Below, piece by piece: positions 42,592-51,101 of a DNA stretch of 64,000 nt. Every line of letters starts with the position of its first letter. The stretch's first letter is position 1. Under the pieces are notes generated by a model. The model saw nothing but the letters and a program-made list of their open reading frames with translations, did not search any database and had not been told where the DNA came from. The position numbers and the translations under genes are program-made. The DNA is from Polyangiales bacterium. GTDB lineage: Bacteria > Myxococcota_A > Polyangia > Polyangiales > Polyangiaceae. The DNA is taken from the NCBI GenBank assembly GCA_038231275.1, contig JBBRLQ010000001.1, positions 128,001 through 192,000 on the forward strand, given 5' to 3'.

Positions 42592-45033
42592 ATGTCAGTC
42601 GTCCGAGAGCCTGAGCTCGTTGCTTTGCGGAAGTTGGCCGAAGATCTGGCGGCGCGGCGCGCCGAGAGGTTGTCCACGTGTCACCTCCTGGCGGCGATCG
42701 CCTCGCGGCCGAGCGGGGCCGCCGATCTGCTCGCCGAGAAGCGGCTCAGCACGGAAGTGCTGATGAAGGCAGCGCGCGTCCTGCTCGACGACGAGAAGGA
42801 CTCGGTGGCGCGCGCCATCCAACGGGCCCGCGAGCTCGCGGCGAGGGGTCCTGCCGCCGACCGGCAAGAGCCGCTGGCCGTTCACCTTCTCTTCGCGCTT
42901 TGCCAGGACCGTCACACCGCCGCGCATCGCGCGATCGAGCAGTGCGGGACCGACGTGGGCAAGCTCCGGAACGCGGCCATGCAGCTGGCGATGGGGATCG
43001 CGCCGCCGCGGCGTGCGATCGAGGCGCGGAGGCCGAACGCCGCGCGACCGACGATGCCGGCCTCACCGATGAACCGTCCGTCCTCGCCGGGACCGTCGAC
43101 GCACGCGCCGATGCAGCGGATCGCGATGCCGGCGCCGAAGCCCCCGCACGCGCAGCCGCAGCCGCTCGTCTTGCAGCTGTCGCCCAGCAAGGCGAAGAAG
43201 AAGCCCCAGGTGCAGCAAGGACGCTTCGCGCTCGACGCGAAGAAGTTCGCGCTCATCAACCAGCTTGGGAAGAACCTGACCCTCGCGGCGTCGCTCGGCG
43301 AGCTCGATCCGGTGGTGGGGCGCGACGAGGAGATCGAGCGGACCCTCGACGTGCTCGCCAAGCGGCGCGCCAACAACCCGTGCCTCATCGGCGCGGCCGG
43401 CGTTGGGAAGACCAGCGTGGTGCGCGGCATCGCGCAGCGCATCGCGAACGGGCAGGACGTCGCGTCGCTCGACGATCGCATCCTGGTCGAGATCGAGGCG
43501 GGCGCCCTTCTCGCCGGCACCGGCATGCGCGGCCAGCTCGCCGAACGCCTCGCCATGATCAAAGAAGAGGTGAAGCGCAGCGACGGCCGCATCGTCCTCT
43601 TCTTCGACGAGATCCACACGCTCTTCGGCGGCGACGCCGGCGACGAGGCCGCGAGTGAGCTGAAGGTGGCGCTCGCGAAGGGAGAGCTCGCGTGCATCGG
43701 TGCGACGACGACCGACGAGTACAAGAGGGTGATCGAGGCCGACGCGGCGCTCGCGCGGCGCTTCTCGCCGGTGGAGGTCGCGGAGCTCTCGCCCGAAGAG
43801 TCGGTGCTCGCGCTGGAGCAGGTGGCGCCGATCTTGGGGGCGCACCACAAGGCCCTCTACACGGTGCAAGCGATCGTCGCGTGCGTGCAGTGGAGCGTGC
43901 GCTACGTGCCGGGACGCGCGCTGCCGGACAAAGCGGTGAGCCTCCTCGATCTCGCGGGCGCGCGCGCGCGGCGGCGGTCGAAGACCGAAGTGGACGCAGA
44001 GGATGTCGCCGAAGTGGTGAGCGAAGAGGCGGGAGTACCGATCGAGCGTCTCCTCGAGAGCGACGGTGAGCGCATGCTGAGGCTCGAGGCGATGATGGCG
44101 GAGCGCATCGTCGGTCACACGGCGTCGCTCGGTCGGGTCGCGACGATCTTGCGGCGCAACGCGTCGGGCTTCCGGTCGCGGCGACCCATCGGCTCCTTCC
44201 TCTTGCTCGGGCCCACCGGCGTTGGAAAGACCGAGACCGCAAAAGCGATCGCCGAGTGCCTCTTCCACTCGCCCGACGCCATGACGCGGCTCGACATGTC
44301 GGAGTACGCCGAGGCCCACGCGATCGCGCGGCTCGTCGGCGCGCCGCCGGGATACGTCGGCCACGAAGCAGGCGGACAGCTCACCGAGTCGGTGCGACGA
44401 CGGCCCTACCAGGTCATCCTCCTCGACGAGATCGAGAAGGCGCACCGCGACGTGCTCGAGGCCTTCTTGCAGGTGTTCGACGAGGGGCGCCTCACCGACG
44501 GTCGCGGCCGAACGATCGACTTCACGAATACGGTCATCATCCTCACGTCGAACATCGGCTCCGATCTCACGCCGGCGAGCCAGCGGGGGCGTATCGGCTT
44601 CGGCGCGCGGCGTACGGTGACCGAGAAGAACGCGGAGTACGAGACGGCTGTGATCGGCGCCGCGCGCACCGCACTTCCGCCGGAGCTCTACAACCGCATC
44701 GACGAGGTTCTGGCGTTTCCGCCGCTCACGCGCGACGACGTCGCCGAGGTGGCGCGGCGCATGCTCGTCATCCTCGGCACCGAGCTCGAGGCCGCGAGAG
44801 GGGTGCGTCTCGACGCGAGCGAGGCGGCGGTCGGCGCGCTGCTCGACGGCGGTGGGTACGACGCGGAGCTTGGCGCGCGGCCAATGCGTCGCGCGATCGC
44901 GCGGCTCGTGGAGGCTCCGATCGCCGAGCTCATCCTGCGTGGCGAGCTATCGCGTGGCGACGTCGCAACGGTCGACGTCGAGGACGGCAAGATCGTCGTC
45001 GACGCGATCACGCCACGCGCGCAGACGGCCTGA
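42592..45033 (+). CDS. Class I Clp/Hsp100 ATPase (ClpA/ClpC-like)
   Basis: LDPVVGRDEE, GVGKT, FDEIH, LPDKA, GPTGVGKTE, DMSEY, GAPPGYVG, IGF loop, GARP. Confidence 0.92.
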   Translation: MSVVREPELVALRKLAEDLAARRAERLSTCHLLAAIASRPSGAADLLAEKRLSTEVLMKAARVLLDDEKDSVARAIQRARELAARGPAADRQEPLAVHLLFALCQDRHTAAHRAIEQCGTDVGKLRNAAMQLAMGIAPPRRAIEARRPNAARPTMPASPMNRPSSPGPSTHAPMQRIAMPAPKPPHAQPQPLVLQLSPSKAKKKPQVQQGRFALDAKKFALINQLGKNLTLAASLGELDPVVGRDEEIERTLDVLAKRRANNPCLIGAAGVGKTSVVRGIAQRIANGQDVASLDDRILVEIEAGALLAGTGMRGQLAERLAMIKEEVKRSDGRIVLFFDEIHTLFGGDAGDEAASELKVALAKGELACIGATTTDEYKRVIEADAALARRFSPVEVAELSPEESVLALEQVAPILGAHHKALYTVQAIVACVQWSVRYVPGRALPDKAVSLLDLAGARARRRSKTEVDAEDVAEVVSEEAGVPIERLLESDGERMLRLEAMMAERIVGHTASLGRVATILRRNASGFRSRRPIGSFLLLGPTGVGKTETAKAIAECLFHSPDAMTRLDMSEYAEAHAIARLVGAPPGYVGHEAGGQLTESVRRRPYQVILLDEIEKAHRDVLEAFLQVFDEGRLTDGRGRTIDFTNTVIILTSNIGSDLTPASQRGRIGFGARRTVTEKNAEYETAVIGAARTALPPELYNRIDEVLAFPPLTRDDVAEVARRMLVILGTELEAARGVRLDASEAAVGALLDGGGYDAELGARPMRRAIARLVEAPIAELILRGELSRGDVATVDVEDGKIVVDAITPRAQTA

Positions 45034-45048
45034 GCGCACCCGAGTCGC

Positions 45049-47331
45049 TCAGGCGGAGGGTCCCTCGATCGCCCGCCGGTACCGCTCGCGGCGCGCGTTG
45101 TCCTTCAAGATCTCGTACGCCTCGTCGAGAACCACGGCTATTTTGCGCACGTCGAGGTTCAGGTCCGCGATCTGGGGCGTGAGGATGCGCGCGGGCTCGA
45201 ACGCGCGACGGAGGTCCACGAACGCGCGGCGCACCTCGTAGCTCGTCGCCGAACGCGGCACCCCGAGGAGCGCGAAGTAGTCCCCTTCGTCGACGAGCTG
45301 GAGCCGCGCCCGAACGCGCGCGCGCACCGCCTCTTCGTCGAGGCTGTCCGGGCCTGCGGGCGCCACGGGGCTCGGCAATCGCCCCTCGCCGATCGCGCGG
45401 ACCATCTCGACGACGCCGAGCAGATCGAGCGCGTAGAGGACCGCGGCGACGTCGGGCTCCGGCGATCGATCGAGCAGGTTCTGGATCGGGAGGCCGCGCG
45501 CGTTCTGGAGGCGCTCGGCGATGCTCGGATCGAGCGAGCACTCGCTCTCCAGCTGCACTGCAGGACCATCCCCGATGCGCGACGTGACGCCGCCGAGCCG
45601 CGCGAGGGCGTCCTCCGGCGCAACGACACGGCGAATGATCTCGACGAACACCTCGGCGCCGGTCGATCGCTCGAAGACGCTCGGCTCGCCGCGGAGGCGT
45701 CCGGGCGGCTCGGCCTCGATGAGCGCGGTGCCCGTCGACTGCTGGATCATGCGCCCGAGGATCCACTCGGCGTGCTCGCGGAGGACGCTCCACAGCTGGT
45801 CTTGCCGGAGGTGCCCGTGCGCGACGAGCGCGGCGCCGGCGTGGCGGCCGAACGGCGGGAGCTTGCCGACGAGCGCCTGCACGTCGTCGCGCGGAAGATC
45901 CCCACGGAGGACGAGGAACGAGAGCAAGCTCTCGCTGTCGACGCCCGACGCCGCCGTCACGAAATCACCCTCGCGGAACACCGCGCGCCGGACGCCTTCT
46001 TGCGATTCGATGCAGAGTGCACCCGTCGCGCGCGTGACGATCGCGTGGGCGACCGCGCGCGCGGCGTCTCCGGGCGCGAGGACGCTCGGCATCGGCGCAG
46101 ACGGACCGAGCCCGAGGCCGACGGTGACCGCCGCGGTGTTGGCGGGCTGCAAGTGGACGGCGTTGGTGACGATCGGCGCTTCACGTGGGAGCGCGCGGCC
46201 GGAAGGATCCATCGTCGTCGCGGGCGGTCCGAAGGTCGGCACCGGCGGATTCGAGCTCATTCGCGGGCGCTCGGAGTCGACCGGCGCGAAGCTGCCGCTC
46301 GACGACGCGTCGGTCCGCACCGGTCCTGGCCCCGTCAGAAAATCGGTGAACCGGCCCCCGGTGGTGCCCGCGTGCGTGCCGCCGCCGGTCGTCTTGTGCA
46401 TCGGAGGATCGGTGGTCGGCGCCTTCGCGTTCGTCGCGCGCGCGCCGGCGTTGGTGCCCACGCCAGTGCCGACGCCCGTAGACAGTCGGCTCCCACCGCC
46501 CGACGTCGTGCCCTTCGCGTGCGCGCCGATCTCGGCGGGCTCGTCGACGGCCTCGCCTTCGAGCGGCTCGTCGAGCGACGCGAGCACGTCGGCGGGGAGC
46601 ACCGCCTCGATTTCCTCTTCCGGCGTCGGGAAGACCGAGTCGTGGGTTACCTGCCCGCCGATGCGCCGCTCGGCTTCGGCGAGCAGCTGCTCGAGCTCGC
46701 TCGACACTTGGGCGGACGGCGAGCGGCGCTCCTCCGGCGCGAACGACGGCAGCGCGGGAGCCGGGGGCGCGACGACCCGAGGGATCTGCATCGACGCCCG
46801 TGGCGGAGGAGACGCGCCGACGTCGCGCATGCTCGGAGGCGGGAGCGAACCGGGGCGACGCGGCGGCGGCTCGAGCGACATCGACGAGACCGACGGCGGC
46901 GGCGTGCTGGGTCGCGCCATCGGCCCGTGGCTCGGCCCTCCGGTGAGCGCCTCGAGCTTCTTCAGGAGAGTCGGCACGTCGACCGGGCGCTTGAAGAACC
47001 CGCTTCCGTCGTGCTCGAGCGCCGTCTCGACGCTCCCGACCGCACCCCCTTCCTTCCCGATGAAGATGACGTCGACGCCATCGGCCTCCGGGATCTCCCG
47101 CATCTTCGTGAGCGTGTCGAGCGCACCTTCCGCGTCGGCGTCCATGAGCAGCACGCGCGGGCGCTGGACGGCCACGCGCGCGACGAGCATCGTGAGGGGC
47201 ACATCGGCGACGAGGTAGCCGCGCGACCGAAGGAGCTGCGCCACGCGCTCGGCCTCGGCGGACGGATCGCTGACGAACACCGTGGTCGGCATTCCTCGCG
47301 GCAGCTCGTCGTCCGGCCTCTCCTCGTCCAC
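45049..47331 (-). CDS. Receiver-like / low-complexity / DUF4388-like / degenerate J-domain protein
   Basis: N-terminal RPRVLLMDAD receiver-like domain; C-terminal GDYFALLGV...FEPA...AYEILKD J-like domain. Confidence 0.72.
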   Translation of the reverse strand: MDEERPDDELPRGMPTTVFVSDPSAEAERVAQLLRSRGYLVADVPLTMLVARVAVQRPRVLLMDADAEGALDTLTKMREIPEADGVDVIFIGKEGGAVGSVETALEHDGSGFFKRPVDVPTLLKKLEALTGGPSHGPMARPSTPPPSVSSMSLEPPPRRPGSLPPPSMRDVGASPPPRASMQIPRVVAPPAPALPSFAPEERRSPSAQVSSELEQLLAEAERRIGGQVTHDSVFPTPEEEIEAVLPADVLASLDEPLEGEAVDEPAEIGAHAKGTTSGGGSRLSTGVGTGVGTNAGARATNAKAPTTDPPMHKTTGGGTHAGTTGGRFTDFLTGPGPVRTDASSSGSFAPVDSERPRMSSNPPVPTFGPPATTMDPSGRALPREAPIVTNAVHLQPANTAAVTVGLGLGPSAPMPSVLAPGDAARAVAHAIVTRATGALCIESQEGVRRAVFREGDFVTAASGVDSESLLSFLVLRGDLPRDDVQALVGKLPPFGRHAGAALVAHGHLRQDQLWSVLREHAEWILGRMIQQSTGTALIEAEPPGRLRGEPSVFERSTGAEVFVEIIRRVVAPEDALARLGGVTSRIGDGPAVQLESECSLDPSIAERLQNARGLPIQNLLDRSPEPDVAAVLYALDLLGVVEMVRAIGEGRLPSPVAPAGPDSLDEEAVRARVRARLQLVDEGDYFALLGVPRSATSYEVRRAFVDLRRAFEPARILTPQIADLNLDVRKIAVVLDEAYEILKDNARRERYRRAIEGPSA

Positions 47332-47341
47332 GCTCGGCCCC

Positions 47342-47485
47342 CTACTTGGTCTCGCGGTCGTCCTTCGGCGCCAAGACGGAGACCACGCGGTCCACGATCT
47401 TGGGAAGGAGGCCCGCCGCGTAGACGAGGACGAAGATGAAGACCACGAGGCCCACCTCGGCGCGCGTCATGTCGAGGAGCTGCAC
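47342..47485 (-). CDS. Small single-TM protein, TatA/E-like (47 aa; absent from ORF track)
   Basis: GTG-start ORF MQLLDMTRAEVGLVVFIFVLVYAAGLLPKIVDRVVSVLAPKDDRETK with high-GC3 codons; TGGTAAAAT extended -10 upstream. Confidence 0.55.
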   Translation of the reverse strand: MQLLDMTRAEVGLVVFIFVLVYAAGLLPKIVDRVVSVLAPKDDRETK

Positions 47486-47521
47486 GTGACAATTTTACCA
47501 TGTGCCGTGGTAGAGGTGGGG

Positions 47522-48778
47522 GTGCTTCCGGTCTTCCTTCGGCAGCGCGGCGAGGAGGCCGTTCCCGCGCTCCCCGGTGATTATCCCGGGCTCGGCGCGA
47601 CGACCGAGCTCGCGCGAACGAAGGACGGGCCGTTCGCGCCGCTGCCGCTCGCGCTGGCGGAGGACGCCGGGATGCGCGAGGCGTTCGCGCGCGCGCTGGA
47701 TTTGCCGCTGGTGGACGCGTACGCGCGCGCGCGGCTGTGGCTCCTCATCGGCCTGGTTCCACTGCTCATGTTGGCCGAGCTCGACCGGGAGCTGGCGCGC
47801 GCGGGGTTCGAGGGAGCGTATGGGCGGCTCCTTGGCGACGCGCTCATCGTCGGGGTCGCCGCAGTCGATCTGGCGCGCCGTCTGCCCAGGAATCCGCGCA
47901 CCACGGCCGTCCTCTTCTTCGGAGGCGCGATGCGCTACGCGCTGTTCGTCGCGCGCCCGTGCGGCGCGGGCGTGCATCCGACGATCTTCCTGGCGCCGAT
48001 CGTCGCGATCGTGGCCGGCGTCTTCGTGCTCCGCCATGCGCCGTCGCCCGCGCGCGTGACGGCGGCGATCCTCGCGCGGCTGGGCGTCTCCGAGAAGGAC
48101 GCGGAGGTCGCGCGCGCGTCACGGAGGCCGACGCGCGCGCACCTCGGGGCCGCGATGCTCGGCGCGGTGGGCATGCCGCTCGCCCTCGCAGCGACGCGCG
48201 CGCTCGGTCCCTGGGGTCAGGCGGTCGTGTTCGTCGCCTACGCCGCGCTCGTGCCGCTCGCGGTCGAGAGAATTTTCGAGCCCGGCATGACCCGTCGCGC
48301 CAGGTGGGCGCGCGTCGTCCCTGCCGGCGTCGTCGCGTTCGCGCTCACCGTCGGCATGACCGCAGGCGCGCACTACGGCTTCGACGCAGGCGCCTACGCG
48401 ACGCGCTGCGTGAGCCCCACTGCCTTCGATCACACGGGGAAAAAGGCCCTCGACGCGGAGGGGCGCGACATCGCCAAGAACGTCGAGCGCGCCAGAGAGA
48501 GCATCCCGTATTTCCTGATGACGGTCCTCGTCGTGCCGCTCGCCGAAGAGCGCGTCTTCCGTGGCCTCCTCCAGCGTGTCCTCGCGCGGCGCTTCGGCGA
48601 CACGCGCGCGATCGCGCTGGCGGCGCTCGCCTTCGGTCTCGCGCACCTCGGCGTCTACAAGATCGCCGTCTACCAAACCGTGCTGCTCGGCGTCAGCTTC
48701 GGTACGGCGTACGCGGCCGGCGGTTACCCCGCGGCGGTCTTGGCGCACGCCGCGTGGAACCTCAGCCTCGTTCTTTAG
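47522..48778 (+). CDS. CPBP (Abi/CAAX) intramembrane glutamic endopeptidase (start uncertain)
   Basis: PLAEERVFRG, FGLAH and AHAAWN motifs; many TM segments. Confidence 0.82.
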   Translation: MLPVFLRQRGEEAVPALPGDYPGLGATTELARTKDGPFAPLPLALAEDAGMREAFARALDLPLVDAYARARLWLLIGLVPLLMLAELDRELARAGFEGAYGRLLGDALIVGVAAVDLARRLPRNPRTTAVLFFGGAMRYALFVARPCGAGVHPTIFLAPIVAIVAGVFVLRHAPSPARVTAAILARLGVSEKDAEVARASRRPTRAHLGAAMLGAVGMPLALAATRALGPWGQAVVFVAYAALVPLAVERIFEPGMTRRARWARVVPAGVVAFALTVGMTAGAHYGFDAGAYATRCVSPTAFDHTGKKALDAEGRDIAKNVERARESIPYFLMTVLVVPLAEERVFRGLLQRVLARRFGDTRAIALAALAFGLAHLGVYKIAVYQTVLLGVSFGTAYAAGGYPAAVLAHAAWNLSLVL

Positions 48779-48808
48779 CGCGACCGCAGATCGGTCTAGC
48801 CTGGGCTT

Positions 48809-49855
48809 ATGACCGACACAGCGCGGCTGCGGGGACGGTTCTTGCTGGCGATGGGCGCGCTCGTCGTCGGATGCACGAAAGACGCGACGCCCGACCCGAA
48901 CACGAACGCGAACGCGAACACGGTGAACACGGCGAACACGAACACGAGCGCGCGTGGCTCGATGCCCCTTCCGCCTGAGCCGGGCTGCATGGTCTGCGCA
49001 CTACAATGCGAGCAGGCGACGGGGACCGGTCCGTACCCAACGCCGTTCGAGCGCTGCGCGCCCACCATCGAGGGAGGCCAGGGTCTCTTCAGCGTCGAGC
49101 AGACGAAGAGGACGCGCGGAGACGCGACGACCGCAAGCACGTGCTGCTACGTGTTTCCCAACCGCCACCCGCCGGGACCCGGACGGCCTTACGTCGTCGA
49201 CGGACGAGCACGGGTGGCCGACGCAAAGACACGCGGCGACTGGACGCAGCCCATCCGGCCGATCGTGCCGAACGATCCGGCCGAGCGGCGTGCGCGCGAG
49301 GACACGTGGAGGAAGGCAGGCCTCGCCGAGCACGCGTCGATCGCGAGCTTCGCGCGCTTCGCCCTCGAGCTGCTCGCGCTCGGCGCGCCTCCCGAGCTCC
49401 TCCACGACGCTCATGCGGCGGCGATGGACGAGGTGAAGCACGCGCGCCTGGCGTTCGCGCTCGCGTCGGCATACGCGGGGGAGCCGCTCGGTCCGGGGCC
49501 GTTGCGGACGGTGGACGCGCCGCCGCGCGCGTCGCTCGAGGACGTCGCGCTCGCCACGCTCGTCGAAGGGGGGCTCGGCGAGACCGTCGCCGCGCTCGAG
49601 GCGCGAATGGACGCCGCGCGCAGCGAGGATCCGGTGGTCCGCGCCATCCTCCTCGAGATCGCCGACGACGAGGAGCGCCACGCCGAGCTCGCGTGGCGGA
49701 CGCTCGCGTGGGCAGTGCGCGAGGGCGGCGCAGCGCTCGCGCACGCGCTCGCGGACGCCGTCCGAGACCTCGAGCGCGCAGGCGGCGATCCCACGCGCTC
49801 GCGCGTGCTTCGCGACATCGTCGGCCCTTGCGTCGCCGCGCTCGCCGCCGCCTGA
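48809..49855 (+). CDS. Lipoprotein with C-terminal ferritin-like (diiron four-helix) domain
   Basis: Lipobox VVGC; EHASIASF, DEVKHA, GETVAA and DEERHA (two ExxH). Confidence 0.75.
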   Translation: MTDTARLRGRFLLAMGALVVGCTKDATPDPNTNANANTVNTANTNTSARGSMPLPPEPGCMVCALQCEQATGTGPYPTPFERCAPTIEGGQGLFSVEQTKRTRGDATTASTCCYVFPNRHPPGPGRPYVVDGRARVADAKTRGDWTQPIRPIVPNDPAERRAREDTWRKAGLAEHASIASFARFALELLALGAPPELLHDAHAAAMDEVKHARLAFALASAYAGEPLGPGPLRTVDAPPRASLEDVALATLVEGGLGETVAALEARMDAARSEDPVVRAILLEIADDEERHAELAWRTLAWAVREGGAALAHALADAVRDLERAGGDPTRSRVLRDIVGPCVAALAAA

Positions 49856-49912
49856 GCCGCGTCGGGGTGAGGTGTCGTCGGCGGGTCCGTGACGCCTCGA
49901 GGCGCGGACGCG

Positions 49913-51031
49913 CTACTTGCAGCGTGGATCCGCGTTCGTGGGGTCAATCACCGCCGCGGACGCCGCGAAGGTCGCGGCGAACCAGTAGCTGTCCTGGCAG
50001 CCTCCCGCGCCGCCGGGCGACGAGCAGTAGTCCCCGCGCTTCGCGATCTTCCCCGTCGCGTCGCGCTCGCACTTCGTGAGCGGCGCGGTCTGGGTCAGGA
50101 GCACGCAGAGCGACTGGTTCAGCTCCTTGATGAAGATGGTGTCCGCGTCTTCCAGCGTGATGTACCCGCCGATCGCCGCGGCCGGGTGCCACGCCGGGCA
50201 ATCGGCATGGGACTCCGTGCATGCGCGGTCGAGGCCGACGCGATCGAACGTCCCGACGCAGCTGCCATCGGGAGAGAGGGCCATGCTTTGGATCGTCACG
50301 CCGGAGAGCGGGAGCACGATGGCGGACGACCCTGCGTTGTCGAGAAAGATCGCCACGTTCAGCTTCGGGATCGGTGCGGTCTGAAGGCTCGCCGCGGTGC
50401 CTTGGAGCGCGACTGTTGCAGGGCGGAGATCGGATGTGCCGAAAACCTGGGTGTCGAAGCACGAGCCGACTCCGAAGGGGTCACTCGATGGCGGCGCGCT
50501 GCCCGTCTTGAGCGTGCGCGCGACGAGGTCGACGCGCAGCAACCACGTGAATGTGCCCTTCCCGATCTGGCCGCACTGTTTCGCGTTGAGCGTGGTCGCG
50601 GTGTCGACGACCGCCGTCTGGAGCGTCGGGTTGACATCGTACGTCATCGACGGCGGAGCAAGGAGGTTGAGTCGACGCATTCGGAAGTCGAGCACCGTCG
50701 ACGAGCCAGCGTTCGGTTTCATCGGAAGGCAGGTCGACGCCGATCCGCACGCGGCCTCGTCGATGGCACAGCCAGGGTCCGGCGTGCAGTTGCGGGTGGC
50801 GATGTCGCACGCGGGATCGGGGAATTCGCCGGGCTTCACCGCACAGGTGTGGCCGGTCGTCGGCGCGTCGGCGCTCACGTCCAGTCCGAGGATCGGTCCC
50901 GCGTCGAGCCCCGCGTCCGGCGCGACGGACACCGATGCGCCGCCGCACGCCACGAGGGTTCGGCCGCCGACGAAAGCGACCGAGAGAGCTCCGACGACGA
51001 AGCCCGCTGTTGATCTCCGTCCCACCCTCAA
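49913..51031 (-). CDS. Hypothetical Cys-rich lipoprotein
   Basis: LVAC lipobox, DAG linker, many Cys. Start codon uncertain. Confidence 0.62.
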   Translation of the reverse strand: MRVGRRSTAGFVVGALSVAFVGGRTLVACGGASVSVAPDAGLDAGPILGLDVSADAPTTGHTCAVKPGEFPDPACDIATRNCTPDPGCAIDEAACGSASTCLPMKPNAGSSTVLDFRMRRLNLLAPPSMTYDVNPTLQTAVVDTATTLNAKQCGQIGKGTFTWLLRVDLVARTLKTGSAPPSSDPFGVGSCFDTQVFGTSDLRPATVALQGTAASLQTAPIPKLNVAIFLDNAGSSAIVLPLSGVTIQSMALSPDGSCVGTFDRVGLDRACTESHADCPAWHPAAAIGGYITLEDADTIFIKELNQSLCVLLTQTAPLTKCERDATGKIAKRGDYCSSPGGAGGCQDSYWFAATFAASAAVIDPTNADPRCK

Positions 51032-51056
51032 GCCTGACCGGAAAAGCCGGTCAGGC
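51032..51056. terminator. Stem-loop downstream of ppk1 (terminator or regulatory hairpin)
   Basis: GCCTGACCGG-AAAAG-CCGGTCAGGC, a perfect 10-bp stem with no clear U-tract. Confidence 0.45.
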
Positions 51057-51080
51057 CTCTCCGACAGGAATCGTTTCGCT

Positions 51081-51101
51081 CGCTGCGCTCCGCTCCACTC
51101 A
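51081..51101. repeat. Short dispersed repeat, copy 2 (CGCTGCGCTCCGCTCCACTCA)
   Basis: 19/21 identical to 31187-31207; includes the ppk1 stop codon. Confidence 0.55.

Noticed and set aside
45031..45051. Inverted repeat TGAGCG..CGCTCA spanning convergent stop codons
   Set aside because: A 6-bp stem, half of it explained by the two TGA stops, is too weak to call a terminator.
48895..48950. GAACAC/GAACGC short tandem repeats as a possible array
   Set aside because: They simply encode an Asn-Thr/Ala linker in the lipoprotein and have no spacers.
51032..51056. Hairpin shares the CTGACCG half-site with the TetR operator at 8279-8295
   Set aside because: The spacer differs (7 bp versus 1 bp between CTGACCG half-sites), which is unlikely to suit the same TetR dimer. 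It is more simply an RNA hairpin.
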